NCBI GenBank assembly: GCA_963675245.1
Contig: OY775910.1
Span: 1,312,001-1,376,000 of the forward strand
DNA: 64,000 nt
DNA from: Acholeplasmataceae bacterium
GTDB taxonomy: Bacteria > Bacillota_I > Bacilli_A > Acholeplasmatales > Acholeplasmataceae
Direction of reading: 5' to 3'
The notes under the pieces are model-generated. The model was not told the origin of the DNA, made no database searches, and saw nothing but the letters and a program-made list of their open reading frames with translations. Of this stretch, positions 61,047-64,000 are shown piece after piece (within the stretch, counting starts at the first letter, position 1; every line of letters begins with the position of its first letter). The translations under genes and the position numbers were made by a program.

Positions 61047-61950
61047 GGGTAGCGGAAAGTATGTCCCAAGTGGTATCATAACCAATGAGGACTTAGAAAA
61101 AATAGTTGATACATCAGATGAATGGATTGTTACAAGAACGGGTATAAAAAAAAGACATAAAGCAGAAAATGAATCAGTAACTGATTTAGCTTATAATGCT
61201 GCTATTAACGCGATTGAATCTGCACAATATGATGTCAAAAAGATTGATTTGATTGTGGTTGCAACCATTACTAATTCACTGAGAACACCATCTGTTGCAA
61301 ACGAAATTCAAAGACGTTTAGGGTTAGAACATGATGTTATGAGCTTTGATCTTACTGCTGCATGTACAGGTTTCATTTACGGTATGGATGTCGCAGCTTC
61401 GTTACTCACATCAGGACGCTTTAAAGCAGCACTTGTCATTGGTGCAGAAACACTAACAAATGTTGTTGACTATACAGATAGAAACACATGTATTTTATTT
61501 GGTGATGGTGCTGGTGCAGTCATTATGGAACATACTACAGAAGACAAACCAAGTTATTATTATTCAGCGGCTATCGGTGATCCTAATGGTTATTTGACGG
61601 TTGAAGACCATATTAAAATGGACGGTAAACGCGTTTATTTATTTGCTGTGGACGCGATGCAGAAAGGCATTGAAAGAATGCTTGAGGAATCAGGTTTATC
61701 AATGGATGATATAGACGCGATTATTCCACATCAAGCTAACTTTAGAATTATTCAAGCAGTTGCTAAAAATATGAACGTGGATATTAATAAGTTCGTGATG
61801 AACATTGCTGAATATGGCAATACATCTGCAGCGAGTATCCCGATTACACTTAATGAATATTTAGATGAAAATCATAAACCCGGTCAAAAACTGATATTTG
61901 TAGGTTTTGGTGGTGGGTTTACATGGGGCAGTGCCCTAATTACACTTTAG
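61021..61950 (+). CDS. fabH: Beta-ketoacyl-ACP synthase III
   Basis: AACTGF, HQAN, GNTSAAS. Confidence 0.96.
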   Translation: MKPINIAIKGSGKYVPSGIITNEDLEKIVDTSDEWIVTRTGIKKRHKAENESVTDLAYNAAINAIESAQYDVKKIDLIVVATITNSLRTPSVANEIQRRLGLEHDVMSFDLTAACTGFIYGMDVAASLLTSGRFKAALVIGAETLTNVVDYTDRNTCILFGDGAGAVIMEHTTEDKPSYYYSAAIGDPNGYLTVEDHIKMDGKRVYLFAVDAMQKGIERMLEESGLSMDDIDAIIPHQANFRIIQAVAKNMNVDINKFVMNIAEYGNTSAASIPITLNEYLDENHKPGQKLIFVGFGGGFTWGSALITL

Positions 61951-61960
61951 GAGAAACGTT

Positions 61961-62893
61961 ATGAAAAATTTTGCAGAAATGTTAGGGATTAAATATCCAG
62001 TTATTCAAGGTGGCATGGCGAATATTGCAACCGCTGAATTAGCGTCAGCAGTATCAAATGCTGGTGGCTTAGGTTTAATTGGTGCAGGTGGTTATGATGC
62101 AGAATGGGTCAGGAATGAAATTAGAAAATGTAATCAATTAACAGATAAACCATTTGGCGTTAATATTATGCTGATGAGCCCTCATGCTGCTGATATAGCG
62201 AAAGTCGTTGTTGAAGAAGGCGTTAAAATCATCACAACTGGTGCGGGTTCTCCCGGTATTTTTATGGATGAATGGAAGAAAAACGGTATTACTGTTATTC
62301 CTGTTGTTCCATCTGCTGCACTTGCTAAACGCATGGAACGTATGGGTGCGGATGCCGTTGTTTGTGAAGGCACAGAAGCAGGTGGTCATATTGGTGAACT
62401 AACAACGATGGCAATGGTACCTCAAGTGGTAGATGCTGTAAATATCCCAGTGATTGCTGCTGGTGGTATTGCTGATAAAAGAGGTGTCTTAGCAGCATTT
62501 GCTTTAGGAGCAAAAGGTGTGCAAATTGGGACAGTCTTATTAGCAACTAAAGAATGTCCAGTTCATGAAAACTATAAACATATGGTCGTTAAAGCAAAAG
62601 ATACAGATACAGTCGTGACTGGAAGACAGACAAAAGCTCCTGTGCGTGTGATTAAAAATATGATGTCAACTGAATATTTATCAATGAGTTTACAAGGTGT
62701 TGATATCATGGAATTAGAGAAACTTACGCTTGGTTCACTAAGGCGTGCAGTATTTGAAGGTGATGTTGAGCGTGGTTCATTTATGGCAGGCCAATCTGCA
62801 GGTTTAGTTCACAGTATTAGAACAGTCAAAGAAGTATTATCAGATTTATTTGATTCTGTGAATGAATATAAAGATCAATTGGAAGTGATGTAA
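61961..62893 (+). CDS. fabK: Enoyl-ACP reductase FabK
   Basis: QGGMA, EAGGHIG, AAGGI, AGQS; fab context. Confidence 0.9.
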   Translation: MKNFAEMLGIKYPVIQGGMANIATAELASAVSNAGGLGLIGAGGYDAEWVRNEIRKCNQLTDKPFGVNIMLMSPHAADIAKVVVEEGVKIITTGAGSPGIFMDEWKKNGITVIPVVPSAALAKRMERMGADAVVCEGTEAGGHIGELTTMAMVPQVVDAVNIPVIAAGGIADKRGVLAAFALGAKGVQIGTVLLATKECPVHENYKHMVVKAKDTDTVVTGRQTKAPVRVIKNMMSTEYLSMSLQGVDIMELEKLTLGSLRRAVFEGDVERGSFMAGQSAGLVHSIRTVKEVLSDLFDSVNEYKDQLEVM

Positions 62894-63807
62894 TGCATAA
62901 ACTCGCTTTAATTTTTTCCGGTCAAGGTAGTCATTATGTCGGCATGGGATTAGATTATAAATCGAATTTATTTAGACAAGCACATGATATATTAGGATAT
63001 TGTCCCAAAGATGTCCTTGCAGATCAAGAAAAACTGGATCAAACATTATATGCACAACCTTTAATTGTTTTAAAGTCAATTATAGGATTTGAAACCATTA
63101 AAGATTTGGTTAAATTTGATGGTGTTTTAGGATTTAGTCTAGGTGAATATAGTGCATTATACGCAGCTGGTGTATTTCATTTTACTGATTTAATGAAACT
63201 TGTTTCTGTGAGAGCAAACTTGATGCAAGAAGCAACCCTTTTAAATCCAGGTGCGATGGCTGCAGTGATTGGTATAGAAGAAAGTGTTATTCAAGATGTA
63301 TGTGATACACTTCACCAAAATGTCATCATTGCCAATTACAATAGTCCTAGTCAATATGTTATCTCAGGAGATGACAAAGAAGTCGATAAAGCGATTGACT
63401 TGTTAAAAGAAAAAGGAGCGAGACGTGTAGTTAAACTCAATGTATCGGGCGCATTTCATTCTCATTTAATGGCACCAGTAAGCGATAAATTCAGTCATGA
63501 ACTAGAAGCGTTTGAAGCATTGAAACCACAGGTACCTGTTTATATGAATAAAACAGCACTACCTTTGGAAAAAGATCATTTAAAATATTTAATGGCTGCA
63601 CAAATAAGTCATCCTGTACAGTTTATTAAATCGATTGAAAACATGAAAAAAGATGGATTTACGCACTTTTTAGAAATTGGTCCTGGAAAAACACTAAGTG
63701 CATTTGTGAAAAAAATTGATCGTGATTTAGAGGTCATGAATTTTGATACATTCGAACAATTAGAAGATGTGAAAGGATGGTTAAAAAATCATGGATTTAC
63801 AAAATAA
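62893..63807 (+). CDS. fabD: Malonyl-CoA:ACP transacylase
   Basis: GQGS, GFSLGEY, AFHS. Confidence 0.94.
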   Translation: MHKLALIFSGQGSHYVGMGLDYKSNLFRQAHDILGYCPKDVLADQEKLDQTLYAQPLIVLKSIIGFETIKDLVKFDGVLGFSLGEYSALYAAGVFHFTDLMKLVSVRANLMQEATLLNPGAMAAVIGIEESVIQDVCDTLHQNVIIANYNSPSQYVISGDDKEVDKAIDLLKEKGARRVVKLNVSGAFHSHLMAPVSDKFSHELEAFEALKPQVPVYMNKTALPLEKDHLKYLMAAQISHPVQFIKSIENMKKDGFTHFLEIGPGKTLSAFVKKIDRDLEVMNFDTFEQLEDVKGWLKNHGFTK

Positions 63808-64000
63808 AGTTGCCCTAGTTACGGGTGGTGCTTCTGGGATAGGAGAAGCGATTACGCGTGTGTTAGCAAGCCATCATGCAGCTGTGGTGATTAATTATAA
63901 TCATAGTGCTGGCAAAGCAGAAAAGTTAGTTGAAGAAATTGTGAATAATGGTGGTAAAGCCATTGCTGTTCAAGCAGATATTTCCAATGCTGAAGATGCA
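63791..64000 (+). CDS. fabG: 3-oxoacyl-ACP reductase, 5' part (runs off the window)
   Basis: MDLQNKVALVTGGASGIG SDR start following fabD. Confidence 0.8.
   Translation, partial: MDLQNKVALVTGGASGIGEAITRVLASHHAAVVINYNHSAGKAEKLVEEIVNNGGKAIAVQADISNAEDA

Noticed and set aside
1720..62546. Numerous short (60-142 aa) ORFs overlapping well-supported genes
   Set aside because: Antisense or alternate-frame shadows with no RBS or motifs.

Overview
AT-rich chromosomal segment from a low-GC Bacilli/Mollicutes bacterium, most likely Acholeplasmataceae-like. This is an inference: TGA is used as stop, prfB is present, and the proteins are Acholeplasma-style. Core regions: a Zn/Mn ABC operon with a Fur-family regulator, rimP-nusA-infB-rbfA, priA-fmt, SAM-I riboswitch-metK, lemA, secA-prfB, pepC, pckG, ggt, zwf, an accBCDA-fabH-fabK-fabD-fabG cluster and four tRNAs. 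Four things stand out. (1) An IS110 element (43646-45193) whose ends, circle-junction promoter and bridge-RNA guide segments can be read from the sequence; its target guides match a Shine-Dalgarno plus start-codon site, and it sits between the RBS and ATG of a gene. (2) An integrase-less AT-rich island 3' of tRNA-Ser(GGA) (about 32322-42070), built from gene cassettes bounded by recurring end sequences, tRNA 3'-end copies, transposon-end-like repeats and an excisionase-like HTH gene. (3) A jetABC/mksFEB-like SMC operon with no adjacent jetD nuclease. (4) A small exported peptide with repeated flavinylation-like motifs next to an MsrQ-like membrane reductase. All calls come from reading the sequence and ORF track; no database searches were run.
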